Assembly: GCA_973895155.1 (NCBI GenBank)
Contig: OZ316895.1
Location: forward strand, 12,717,929-12,781,928
Length of the DNA stretch: 64,000 nucleotides
Reading direction: 5' to 3'
Origin: Marsupella aquatica
Lineage: Eukaryota; Plantae; Marchantiophyta
The translations under genes and the position numbers were made by a program. Positions 1 to 11,473 of this stretch are shown here, piece after piece (within the stretch, counting starts at the first letter, position 1; each line of letters begins with the position of its first letter). The notes under the pieces were generated by a model. The model was not told where the DNA came from, searched no databases, and saw only the letters and a program-made list of their open reading frames with translations.

Positions 1-740
1 CGTCAAGCTTGCATTTTTTGGAGTATGCTCCCTCTCGCATGGTTTTGACTGACCACGCTTTTCTATCGTATGCCCACATTAGGCAATATGCTCTCGATAC
101 TTGCCACAGATTTATGACCTATAAATATTTTAAGAGAAGGCTAGAGAGTGAGTGCAGTTCCTTGAAATGCCACTAATGGAAACATGTAGCAAGCGACTGA
201 TCGGAACACGAAGTAATCGCAGCTGATCAATCGTAGGGGCAGGATCAGAATAGAGCAGTGTCCATAAACAGGTAGTGGAAGGGGCTTGGACGTGCTAGGG
301 GATATGGGACGTAAATTGCGTTACATTCCCTTCCTTTTCATGGTGATAGTTGGCGTAAAAGTGTAGTATGCTTTTTATCTGGTCTAGCATAGACGAGTGG
401 GCTGGAAAGTCTCCTAGGATTCAATAGCGTCTATTTTTATCAGTGATGATCATGGGCAGAGTAAATCCAGTGAATTTTATTTCATCAGTGGCCAGGATTA
501 ACACAGCGAAAATGATGGATCTCGTCGATGAATATAGAGCGTCGGAGGTCATTTTGGGGCTGAGAACCACTTACTATGCCAAAGAAGTTCTTTCAGGGAC
601 GAGGCATGCCCGAGTCTTTTGTCTGTGGTCGTCAATAACTTACAACAAGTGTGTCGTCTCATTTGAGTGATATTATTCGCGATATGTATAGACTGAGATA
701 CAGAGCTGATTGTTCTTTGTTTGTCATCGATGATCTGCAG

Positions 741-881
741 GGTCACTTGCACACATATCGATTTTGTGACAATGTTTGGACGTTCATTCTAGAAAAGGCC
801 GAATTCAAGATTGAAGGTGAGAAGGTTAACGTGGACCGGGTGAAGATTGTTGCCTGTGATGCAAAAATTATATCTCGTTGA
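741..881 (+). CDS. TFIIA-S: Final coding exon of general transcription factor IIA gamma (small) subunit; upstream exons lie before the window
   Basis: After the acceptor ...gatctgcag| the frame reads [23 protein letters not shown]...[16 protein letters not shown], the diagnostic C-terminal half of TFIIA-gamma. The ORF part 651-740 is intronic. Confidence 0.93.
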   Translation, partial: GHLHTYRFCDNVWTFILEKAEFKIEGEKVNVDRVKIVACDAKIISR

Positions 882-3667
882 CGAGGATACGGAGTTCGTC
901 GGGCCCTTCGAGGATATTGAGCTTCCTTTATGAAGTCAGCCTATTGTTCCATTGGCACAGTGCACAGAAGTACCGCTGGATGACGAGTCCCCTTCCATCG
1001 CACTGAAGCTTTATTTTGAGAAAAAAATCAATACCCAGGATCAGGAATTGTGTATATCACTGAATGTGGGATCAATTGTCAGCGATTTTTGGCTGACTAA
1101 AGGAAAACAAAGGCTGGCGCCTGCAAGTCTAGGGGAAGTAGTTGCTAGTGCTTTTGGCAGGCTATTTTCTGAATCTTATAAACAAAGGATTCAAACATTG
1201 TTGTCAAAATGTCCAGGTAAGCTAGTAGACTTGATGTAGCTAGAGTTATGGTTTGGGTCCTGTGAGGTGGGACAGCCGCTCTCTGGCTTCTGCTAGTTTT
1301 GTTAGGAGAGGAAGATTGGATTATGTTTGTAGTGACATTGTTGCCTCCTACACTGGAGTCAAGAAGAGCGGGGAGGGTTTTGGGAGGCAGGGGGAGGGGG
1401 GGCGCAAGATCATTTTCTCGGGATTTCACCGAAGCATTGTACACCCCGAATTAGTAAAGCTTCATCATGTAAGAGCACGCATTTATGTTTGACGGCCCAC
1501 CCAACGGCAGGTCCGTGACAAGGACATAAATATTGTCATTCATTTACTTCATATATGGTTGCCCTTTGACAGAAACTATACTTGTGGATAGAAACTACAC
1601 TAATTACCGAATTAGTACCATAACCTGTTTCTACTGTACTGAGGTATATGCTTTGTTTCCTGGACTGTACGAAGCATAGTTAATCAGACTGTTTTGGAAG
1701 ATCCGTTGAGTCTATTATGAATGTAACCTTTGATACCATGCAGAAGTCGGACAGAGGACTGGTCATGCTGTATTTTATGGTGGGTTGGCTTGGTCCTATC
1801 TGTACCAAATGGCTTGGTCTGGTTGTACCACCAAATGAGATTGTCAAATCATGGTGAAGAATGGGTTTGAGCAAGGATGAGGACGGGCAATGTGCAATTC
1901 AACAGCATCTTAGTTTCTGGACGAACAGATACCCTTAACAGTCGCAGATGGATCCTCGTAATCGTTCCAATTGTATATCATGAGACCTGGCCTGGTCAAG
2001 ACGACAAAATTGGGTGGCACGCAACTAGTTTGATGCTCGATGAATGAGAAAGTTTCAGTCGCACTTTCGCCAAAGCTCTTCACTTAAGTCGCGGAGAATA
2101 AGGCCTAATCGAGGTCTATGATCTTTGGTGTATTTGCATTTCGGAAATAGAGCTCAAAGCTGCTGGGCAAAGCTTGGTGCCTTCGCGTTCCTTGAACACA
2201 CTCAGGTTGGCGGACATAATCATTTGTGATGAATAACCCAGAGGTGGAGTCATTCAATCACCCCATCTGCAAATTGTAATTCATCTTCCAAAGAAAAGAG
2301 GGATCTTGCGCACCCATAAGTTTCCCTTTCCTGAAGTTGTCTATGTATTCTTCCCATCTAGACATTGATGGCACTGTATCCCGGTAGCCATCTTCAAAGC
2401 AATGTCCCAATAGTGTCTAATTGCTATACACATAGGATTCTGCTCTAGATAGCCAATGAGAGGAAGATCAGACCAGCTAGAGCAACCGGTTCTGCAATTC
2501 TTGAAATGGTCAAGATTGAGAGCTCGAGCTATCAGATCTGTAATTCATGACCTTGCGTGGACTGAGGAGTACTCGGAGTACTTGTAATCCTGGCGCCCTT
2601 TTGAGTCTTAAGGTTTCTTGATTGTTATTTTAACAGGAAACCACATTGACCAAGGAGGGCAAACCTTTTTCTATTTTTCATATCATTCTTACAATTAGCA
2701 CAATTCAGGAGCATATTAGTCCGGGCAGGGATTGAATTGGAGACATGCTCATCACAAGTCACCATGGACACCTGAGCTATACCACAAGGCCCCACACAAA
2801 CTGTTTGAGTAGTACGTTTTGTTTTTGCAAGCTTTCAAAACTATCTTGTGTTCAATTATGTAAGAGATTTTTGGTTCAGACTAGACAGCAAATGTGGAAC
2901 ATGAGAGCACACTCAATCAAACGTTACACTAACGAGATACCACGAGTGGAGAAACTCTTGACGAATCCATAGCATATGAAAATACATGTGAAGAATGAGG
3001 GAAAGAAAAATTTCCCTCCAACCTATATCCCCGGGGAGGTTGATGGACATAAACTAACTAAGTGGATCTTATCCTAATGTAACCAAGGGTTAACTAACTC
3101 TGATAATACTAAACTAATTAAAGTCGAGAACTCAAGTCAATTCCCAACAACTGAAACTTAAGCAAACTCTCCTATGGAATCTTTCTTAGCTCTGATTCTA
3201 TGATGTAAATGTTGAGTACATGCACTCCTTGTCATTTTGAGAAGAAATCATCTCATGATGGCCCCTCGACAAGAGAAATGCAATGCATGTATTAGGGCCA
3301 CTTTACAAGACGGGCGCAACAAGACAGTGCAACTTTTTTCAGGATTCAATCAATTGGGACCGTTGTTTCAACCTGCTTGGGCGCTCTTTGCTTTACAAGA
3401 TTGGCGCAACAAGTTGAGCTGCGGGAACGCCCGAACCTCCATTTTGGTATGGATTAGCTCGGGCCAGTGGGCTCGGGATGAACATTCGGGCGCTAGCCTT
3501 TCGGACCTCTGTAGTTGCAAAAATGGGCAGGCCTTTTTCTCCTCCGATTTTATCACCATTCATGAGAGTGGATGAGCTGCAAGTGACGGTTCCCGCAGGC
3601 TTTCACAAATGCGGCCGCTTCAAATTACAAGCCCAACTTCAAATTACAAATCAACCGCGCCCCTACC

Positions 3668-5400
3668 ATGGAAGAGAACGACAGTATATGGGTGAGCAGC
3701 TCGTCGTTTGGGAGCACTTGCAATTCGTTCACAGACTCTTCAGGAAGGGATTGTAGCAGTGTGAGAGTTGAGGCGACTGTAGACATGGCAGGAACGGGAA
3801 ATTTCTCTCCTTGGTATGAGAGCAATCGCTCCTCAGCTGTAATTCCTGATTCACAGTTTGGCCAAGAAATGTCGCAAGGTGCCCACACGATGTCGAACGC
3901 AGAGTTTATGGCACTTTTGAATGATCCACCATCAATCTCACGATTTTCTCGTCCTCAGTTACAGCCCAATGCTTCTCCAGCTCCTTTCTTCTCTGATCCG
4001 ACTTTGTATGAACAGCAGTCATGCAGAGGAAACCCATTCTACTCAGAAGGAAGGCAGCACACTCCTTTGCAGAATCGTGAAGCAGTCCACCATCCACGAT
4101 CTCCACCTGCAAGCGCTATAACTCCTTCAGAGGGGACGACTACTGGTAAGAAACGGGCAGTTGGGAAGAAGATGTCCAAGAAGGCCAAGAAGGCCAAGAT
4201 TTCCAGGGAGATTGATCAAGAAGGGGATCAAGAGGCAGACGATTCGACAACCATTCGCTGGGAGGATGCAGATGTCATACAACTCATTGCTTTTAGGAGT
4301 GAGATGGACGAAGAATTCAAGCAAAAGGCAGCACACTCCTTTGCAGAATCGTGAAGCAGTCCACCATCCACGATCTCCACCTGCAAGCGCTATAACCCCT
4401 TCAGAGGGGACGACTACTGGTAAGAAACGGGCAGTTGGGAAGAAGATGTCCAAGAAGGCCAAGAAGGCCAAGATTTCCAGGGAGATTGATCAAGAAGGGG
4501 ATCAAGAGGCAGACGATTCGGCAACCATTCGTTGGGAGGATGCAGATGTCATACAACTCATTGCTTTTAGGAGTGAGATGGACGAAGAATTCAAGCAAAA
4601 TGCCAAGAAGCAAGGTGAATTCCATTTTACTCCTTAGTTACCTCTGAAATCTCTGCACAAAGAAGCAGTGGAAGTTTATTACAAGATTGCCTCTGAAATG
4701 TTTGCTCGAATGAAATGTCTATTTGAATTTATGTCTGAAATGTTTGCTTCAATTTCTGCCCGAAACTCTAGTGAAATTTCCGCAGGTATTGATTACAAGA
4801 TTAACTCCGACAACTTTTGGATAAATTTGGTGTTTTAATTTCTTTTCATTGTGCTCAATTATCTTACTAGTTGTGTGATTTTTTTACAGGAATTAACATG
4901 TGGGAGAAGCTGCAAATCAAGATTATTGCAGCTTGTGATAGCTTCACAAAATCTGCAAAAGCCTGTAGAAAAAATGGATTGCAATTTATCGGCAGTATTG
5001 TACAAACAAACGACTCCTCCAGATCTCAGGTGAGGGTAGAAAGGTCACATGTAAATTCTTTGAGCACATTGACCAGGGATTCAACAGCCTCTTGAATATT
5101 AGAAAACTTATCCATTCTGATGCTCGAGGTACTCCCAATCCCTGTCCCCCTGACCTCAATGAGCCCTGTGAAGGTCAAGGCTCAGCTGAAGACACAATAG
5201 GGCCTAGGGTCTCAATTCCAGGTCCCCAATCTACATTTGATTCTAGCACCCTTAGTAAATCTGGGAAGAGATCCTCTGGGGAACACATATCTGCGATGAT
5301 GTGTGACATGGTTCAATCCATGAAGGAAATGGTGTCTCAAACTTCTGCCATGGTTGTTCAAACAACTTCCATAGCTACAGACATTCTTGGCCAAACTGTG
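3668..5400 (+). pseudogene. Harbinger ORF1, Myb/SANT (trihelix-like) DNA-binding protein, disrupted
   Basis: RWEDADVIQLIAFRSEMDEEFKQNAKKQ|G is followed by a GT..AG intron (4615-4889) and then INMWEKLQIKIIAACDSFTKSAKACRK-(K)W, a trihelix/SANT pattern. There is a basic NLS-like GKKRAVGKKMSKKAKK. The frame is broken by a 274-bp tandem duplication and probably a slip in an A-run near 4970. The 3' end is approximate. Confidence 0.75.
4051..4600 (+). repeat. 274-bp internal tandem duplication in Harbinger ORF1
   Basis: aaggcagcacactcctttgcagaatcg... starts at both 4051 and 4325. I see about 3 mismatches between copies. 274 is not a multiple of 3. Confidence 0.93.
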
Positions 5401-6618
5401 AAATTTGTGAAATACTGTAGTGTTCCAATTTCTGCTTGCTGCAAATTCCCGAAGCTTCTAATCTGCTGCACCTTTAGCCATTTCTTGGCTTCTTTGACCA
5501 TCTGGTCATCAATGAAATCTTTGTGGGCCACACAAAGATTGTGCAAGAAAATACATGCAGAAACAATGACCGAGACATGTTCTATGCGCATCTCAATTCT
5601 CCTCAATAAAATCCGCCATCTCCCTTTCAAAATTCTGAATGCTCGATCAACACACATCCTGGTGCTACTCTGAATGAAATTCCAATGGGCCTTGTATGGT
5701 TGGAGCTGCTCTGTAGTCCCCTTGAAAGGAACCCAGTTCCATTGTCTTAATGGATAAGCAACATCTCCAATGATTTTACAAGGAGCAAAACTCCCCTTCA
5801 TGATAGCTCTACCAAAATCAGAGTGAATAAACATGGTGTAATCGTGCAAGGAGCCTGTCCACCCGAAATCCCAATCCCAGAATGATGTATTCACATCAAC
5901 AATTCCTTGGAGAAGTACATAATAGAACCCCTTCTGATTATAATAAGGTGCTTGGTCCCATGGTGCTGGAGGTGCAATGATAGGGATATGGGACCCATCT
6001 ATGGCTCCCATAATGTATGGTATACCATGCTTTCCTTCAAATTCATTGGCTAAGGTTTTTAGAGTAGCTGGAGTCCACCTTTTGACCACCAGTGGATGGA
6101 TGATCTTCACGACAACCTCACAAAAGTCACGGACAACAATGGATGCCAAGCCTTCAGACATCCCAAACATATCAGCACATGCTAGCAAATAATTGTCAGT
6201 GCCAAGTTGGTTAAGGGATAATGCAACCCTGGTTTCCAGTGGAATCCCACCCCCTTTTTTACTTTTCTGCAAGGCAGGTGCTAAAAGGGAACATAGGTAA
6301 TAGAATGTGGGCTGACTTACCCTTACCCTTCATCTGAACTCATACTCAGAATGGGCTCGTAGTAGAATTTTGTCTACAAAAGCAGAGGAGCGTTCAAATC
6401 TCCACACACACCTCTGTTTCCTCCAGATCCATCGTCCCTGTGCAAACATAAACTGGGAGGGCAAGAATTCTGAAAGCAATCTGAAAGACTGAATTCTGGA
6501 CATGGCATTGGTAGCTAGCACTAGAGCAGCCTGATGCGTTTCATTGCTGTGGATGATGATGATTTGGAGAGCTAGGTTGAGAATGATGAGCAATAATTTT
6601 TTTTTGCCTCCTATCACC
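5358..6618 (-). pseudogene. Harbinger DDE transposase (DDE_Tnp_4/HARBI1-like) with a premature stop
   Basis: Motifs GAIDGSHIPI, YYNQKGFY..LQGIVD, GSLHD, IIGDVAYPL, N..QSSTRMCVDRAFRILKGRWRIL and ACIFLHN. The upstream same-frame segment ...EYEFR*RVRVSQPTFYYL is interrupted by TGA at 6330-6332. A putative first exon lies at 13317-13442. Confidence 0.92.
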
Positions 6619-6626
6619 CTGAAATT

Positions 6627-6975
6627 TGTTGAGCATAGACGACGATCGCAACGGCAAGCCCATGAACCATCCAACGCACAATAGTCGACACAAGAGATAC
6701 GTGGTTCACCTTCTTGAGGCTACGTCCACGGGAACACACAAGAGAGCTTTACTGAACTCTAAGCTCGTCGGCTATACCGAGTCTCCACAGTGTAAGCTCT
6801 CCCTATCTCTCAAGTGGCTCCATAACAATGAGCCTTGGTTCTACCTCTCCAAGCACACATGCCTCTTATGATATAGTGTGCAACTTAGTTGTACCTAACC
6901 ACGTAGTTGTACCAACCCACGTTGTTGTACCAACCACGTCATACCTAACCTAGACGTAAGAGTAAATACCCAACA
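6627..6975 (-). repeat. 3' LTR of Copia copy 1 (349 bp)
   Basis: TGTTGAGC...CCCAACA, adjacent to the polypurine tract (minus-strand AAGGGGAAGAT, 6976-6986). Confidence 0.95.
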
Positions 6976-7166
6976 ATCTTCCCCTTGACTCTGGTCTAGG
7001 GGAGAGTAATACTGCCAATGTATATGATCCCTCAGCGGGAAGTTCTGGACAGAAACCAAACCGGTTTCCCTCTCTAACTAGAGCAAACCAGAACTAAGCC
7101 GTAGCCTAATACATAGGAATGAGGAAGAGCATATATCAGTAATTACAATGAATGTTTAAGAAAACT

Positions 7167-10100
7167 CTACTTGTGATGCAATTGCAAAACCTGCAATACG
7201 TCACGGTGTCTAGAGAAACTCTCCAAAGGAATCACTTTGGTAAATGCGTCAGCCGGGTTGAGTTTACCATCAATCTTGACTAGCTCAAACAAATTATCAG
7301 ACACAGCCTGCCTGATAAAATGGTACCTGACGTCAATGTGCTTCACTCTGCTGTCCATCACCTGGTTCACAGCAAGGTGGAGCGCACTCTGACTATCACA
7401 ATGGAGCTTCACATTCCCCTGTGGCAATCCCATTTCAGTGATAAGTCTATCCAACCAAATCGCTTCCTTTGCTGCTTCCGCAGCTGCAACATACTCCGCT
7501 TCTGTAGTAGACTGAGCAATACACTTCTGCAAAGTAGACCTCCAACTTATGCATCCACCGCCAAGTGTGAACACGTATCCTGTTGTTGATCTCCTTCGGT
7601 CCAAATCTTGTCCATAGTCAGAATCTACATAGCCAATCAATGATCTAGCATTCTTTGCATTCGCATCAAATAAAAGACCATGATCCACGGTACCCTTCAA
7701 GTACCTGATAATCCACTTCACTGCTTCCCAGTGTACCTTCCCTGGATTCGACATGTACCTGCTCACCTTGCCCATAGCCATGGCAAGATCAGGTCTAGTG
7801 CAAGTCATCAAATACATGAGACTCCCCACTGCCTTGTCATATGGAACCTTTGACATCAACCCCTTCTCTGTGTCATCCGTAGGACAGAACGCTGATGATA
7901 ACTTGAAGTGTGGAGCCAACGGGGTACTTACTGGCTTGCTATTCTCCATGTTGAACCTTGCAATTACCTTCCTCGCATAACTACTCTGCGTCAACCATAG
8001 CTTGCCAGCCTCCAAGTCCCTAGTGATCTCCATACCCAAAATCCTCTTAGCTGGCCCTAAGTCCTTCATCTTAAACTCTGCACTAAGCAGTGCCTTGAGC
8101 TTAACAATCTCAGACCTATCCTTGGCTGCAATTAGCATGTCATCCACATAAAGTACTAAAACAATGAACCCAAAGACAACATTCTTCACCGGTTTCAAAT
8201 ACACACAAGGGTCAAATACACTTCTGTGAAAACCTTGTGACCGAATCCAATCGTCAAACTGCTTGTTCCACTGTCTTGGTGACTGCTTCAACCCATACAA
8301 GGATTTCAGCAATTTGCAAACCAATTCCTCCTGTCCTCTCTTCACAAAACCTAGCCGTTGTCTCATGAAGATCACCTCTTCCAATGTGCCATAGAGGAAA
8401 GCTGTGACAACATCCATCTGATCTAGGAGCAGACCAAACATTACAACAAGTACACACAATAGTCGTATTGTAGAGTACTTAGCAACTGGTGAGAAGACCT
8501 CATTGTAATCCACACCTTTCTCTTGTGTGAATCCCTTTGCTACCAATCTAGCCTTGTAGACCTTCGATCCACCTCCTATGGAATTATCCTTCAGCTTGTA
8601 AATCCACTTGCTGTCCACCACTTGCTGACCCTTAGGCAGCTTAACAAGCTCCCAAGTTTTGTTGTCCTTTAGTGACTGCATCTCCGTTTGCATTGCTGCA
8701 GTCCACTTCTGCTTCTCTTTTGAAGCACTTGCCTCATGAAATGAAGAAGGTTCTCCTTCTTCCAAAATTAACGCATCACCCTCATCATCAGCTGTAAAAT
8801 CATCCTCTTGCAGTTGAGATGAATCAACCCATTGTCCATACCTTGATGGAGCGCGTACAGTGCGACCAGATGTTCTTCTAGCCGATGACTCCGGTTGATC
8901 TGCGTGTGCTGGTACAATTTGAAGCTCAACAGCATCCACTTGTTGCTCACCAGCATCAACAAACTCCTCTGGTTCCTCTGGCATAGGAACCAGCTCCATA
9001 ATTGGAGCAACTCCTTCTCTCCGGTCATGCACCTCATAACCAATCTCCCCCTCAACGAGATCCGGGATAGGAGATTTTCCTTTGTCAGTACGGGAGACCT
9101 GAGTATTCTCCCCCTCCTTCAATAATCTGGATTCATTGAAGGAAACATCCCTACTGACAACGAGCTTACAGGCAATAGGATCCCATAGCCTATAGGCTTT
9201 CACACCACTCTGGTACCCAAGAAAAACACATTTCCTGGAGGTAGGATCCAACTTGGTCCTATTCTGCTTTGGTGTGAGAGCATATGCATCACTTCCAAAA
9301 ATTACCAAGCCATGATAGTCTGCTTGCCGCTTATAGCGCATCTCAAACGGCGTTTTGAAATTGATAGCACTAGAAGGAGAAAGATTTACCAAATAAGCTG
9401 CGGTATTGACAGCTTCTGCCCAAAATTCTTGTGGTAAACCTGATTGGCTCAACATACTCCGTGACCGCTCCAACAGTGTCCGATTGAGCCTCTCAGCGAC
9501 ACCATTCTGCTGCGGAGTATAAACTGTGGTGAGATGGCGAGTTATCCCCTGTTCTGAACAGTACTCTTCAAATTCCATTGAAGTGTACTCCCCGCCGTTG
9601 TCTGACCTCAGACTCTTCACCCTTGTATCCAAACACTTGATCGTGTTTCCAGTCTGATTCTCCACCTGGGCCTTCCACTTCTTAAAAATGGACAAGACAT
9701 CAGACTTATGCGTCATGAAATAAATCCACACAAATCTTGAGTAATCATCAATAAATGATACATAGTACAACTTTCCAGAGTGTGAGGGAGTCGGGGATGG
9801 ACCCCACACGTCACTATGTATGTACTCAAGAACCGCTTTGGAACGATGAGTTCCAACACCAAAAGCACGACGATGCTGCTTTCCAAGAATGCAATGCTCA
9901 CAAAACTCTAATTTACAAGATTGCAAATCAGAAATGAGTCCATTCTTCCGTAAGATAGCCAAACCCTTCTCACTCATGTGGCCTAGCCGTGAATGCCATA
10001 GTTGAGTCATCTCCTCGTGAGACTTGGTTACATTGGCCTCTCCACATACAGTATTGCCCTGTAACACATACAAATTCTTTTGTCTACTCCCCTTCAAAAT

Positions 10101-10438
10101 CACTGTCTCTCCCGACCTGACTTGAAGTTCACCATCAATAACGCTCCATTGATGACCATTTGAATCCAACACACCGAGTGAAATCAGATCTTACGCATGC
10201 CAGGTACATACCTGACTCCGGACACTATGCGCACAGCGCCATCAAACATTTGAATCTTCACAGACCCAATTCCCTCAATTTGACAGGAGTGATCATTTCC
10301 CATCAGAACTGAACCGTTTGAAACAGAGTAAGAACTGAAAAACTCACGAATGTAACAAATATGAAAAGAGCAAGCACAATCAAGAATCCACACATCATCT
10401 GCTCTCCTAGATGACGTGCACAGGGCATACCCCCGGCT
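7167..10438 (-). pseudogene. Copia copy 1 pol (protease-GAG_pre-integrase-integrase-RT-RNase H) with one 1-bp frameshift near 10190
   Basis: WILDCACSFH, WHSRLGH..CEHC, HSDVWGP, LRSDNGGEY, QQNGVAER, YKARLVAKG, LYVDDMLI, GYVDSDY, SRVKHIDVRYHFIR. Copy 1 reads AAG ATC TGA where copy 2 reads AAG AAT TTG, so one A is lost. The 1001-aa ORF 7167-10172 is open. Confidence 0.93.
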
Positions 10439-11473
10439 TCATAAAACATACTCATCATTGAGTAAATCAGCTTCTCCATCAGCCCTAGCCACATTTGCCG
10501 ATGAAGTTTCCGCTGCCTTTCCCTTACAGTCTCGCTTGAAGTGTCCAACTTGGTTGCACTTCCAACATGTCACCTGCCTCCTCTGAGGGGATTTACCCTT
10601 GGACTTAGATCTGGATTTAGATCTAAACTGGGTTCTACGGTCCCCAGTTGGTCGCTGCATACTCCTCCCACGGTTAACATTGAGGGCAGCTCCAGATGAT
10701 GAAGGCTGTGACGTGATGTGCATCTTCTGCTGAAGATCATCACTAAGCAGAGAACTTACCACGTCATTGTATGAAATGGTATCCCTATCACGATGCAACA
10801 ACACTCGTGATAGGGACTGGTAAGATGGAGGCAATGAACTAAGAAGCTGCAGAGCCTTCGTCTCATCATTCAAAGTCTCCCCAAGGTTTTCCAAGTCAAC
10901 GACCATGTCGTTGAAAGCATCCACATGGTCTTGCAACTTCGTACCAGATTCCTTCATCCTGAAACTCATCAGTTTGTAGAAAGTGTAGAGCCGGTTCGAC
11001 AACTCCTTGCGGTGATACTTGCTCTGCAATTCCGCAAACAAGGACATGCAATCCTTATGTGCACCTAACTGCTTGATGATGGGAGGCATGAGATAGAGTG
11101 TAACACACCACACTCCCTGCTCCTGCATGCGGTCCCATTGTTTCTCATCAACATCGTCTTCACGAGGGCTCAGCAGTTGGCCCATCCCTGACGCATAAAG
11201 CACTCCCTTCACCTGCTTCTCCCATAGCAAGTAGTCAGAGCGCCCATCATACTTTGTCACTTCATACTTGGGTCCCCCAAGCTTGAAAGTCCCCATCTTC
11301 TTCTTTACCGTGAGCTCCGGTAGTAGTACTGCTTCCTCCACCACACGCCGCACCGGTGATGGTATCGGTGTCACGTGCTCTTCCTCCTGCTCCTCTCTCT
11401 GCCCCTGAAACCTCCGCGGTGATCCTCGTGCTTCAAGTTCCACGTCTTCGAAAAACTCCTCCGAATCACTCAT
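10439..11473 (-). CDS. Copia copy 1 Gag (344 aa), intact ORF ending in TGA
   Basis: KYDGRSDYLLWEKQVK, UBN2-like LLSSLPPSY and the zinc knuckle CWKCNQVGHFKRDC. Confidence 0.93.
   Translation of the reverse strand: MSDSEEFFEDVELEARGSPRRFQGQREEQEEEHVTPIPSPVRRVVEEAVLLPELTVKKKMGTFKLGGPKYEVTKYDGRSDYLLWEKQVKGVLYASGMGQLLSPREDDVDEKQWDRMQEQGVWCVTLYLMPPIIKQLGAHKDCMSLFAELQSKYHRKELSNRLYTFYKLMSFRMKESGTKLQDHVDAFNDMVVDLENLGETLNDETKALQLLSSLPPSYQSLSRVLLHRDRDTISYNDVVSSLLSDDLQQKMHITSQPSSSGAALNVNRGRSMQRPTGDRRTQFRSKSRSKSKGKSPQRRQVTCWKCNQVGHFKRDCKGKAAETSSANVARADGEADLLNDEYVL

Noticed and set aside
443-740. ORF 443-670 and the N-terminal part of ORF 651-881 as coding
   Set aside because: No TFIIA similarity precedes the AG at 739-740, and the expected upstream TFIIA exons were not found in 1-740, so this is treated as intron.
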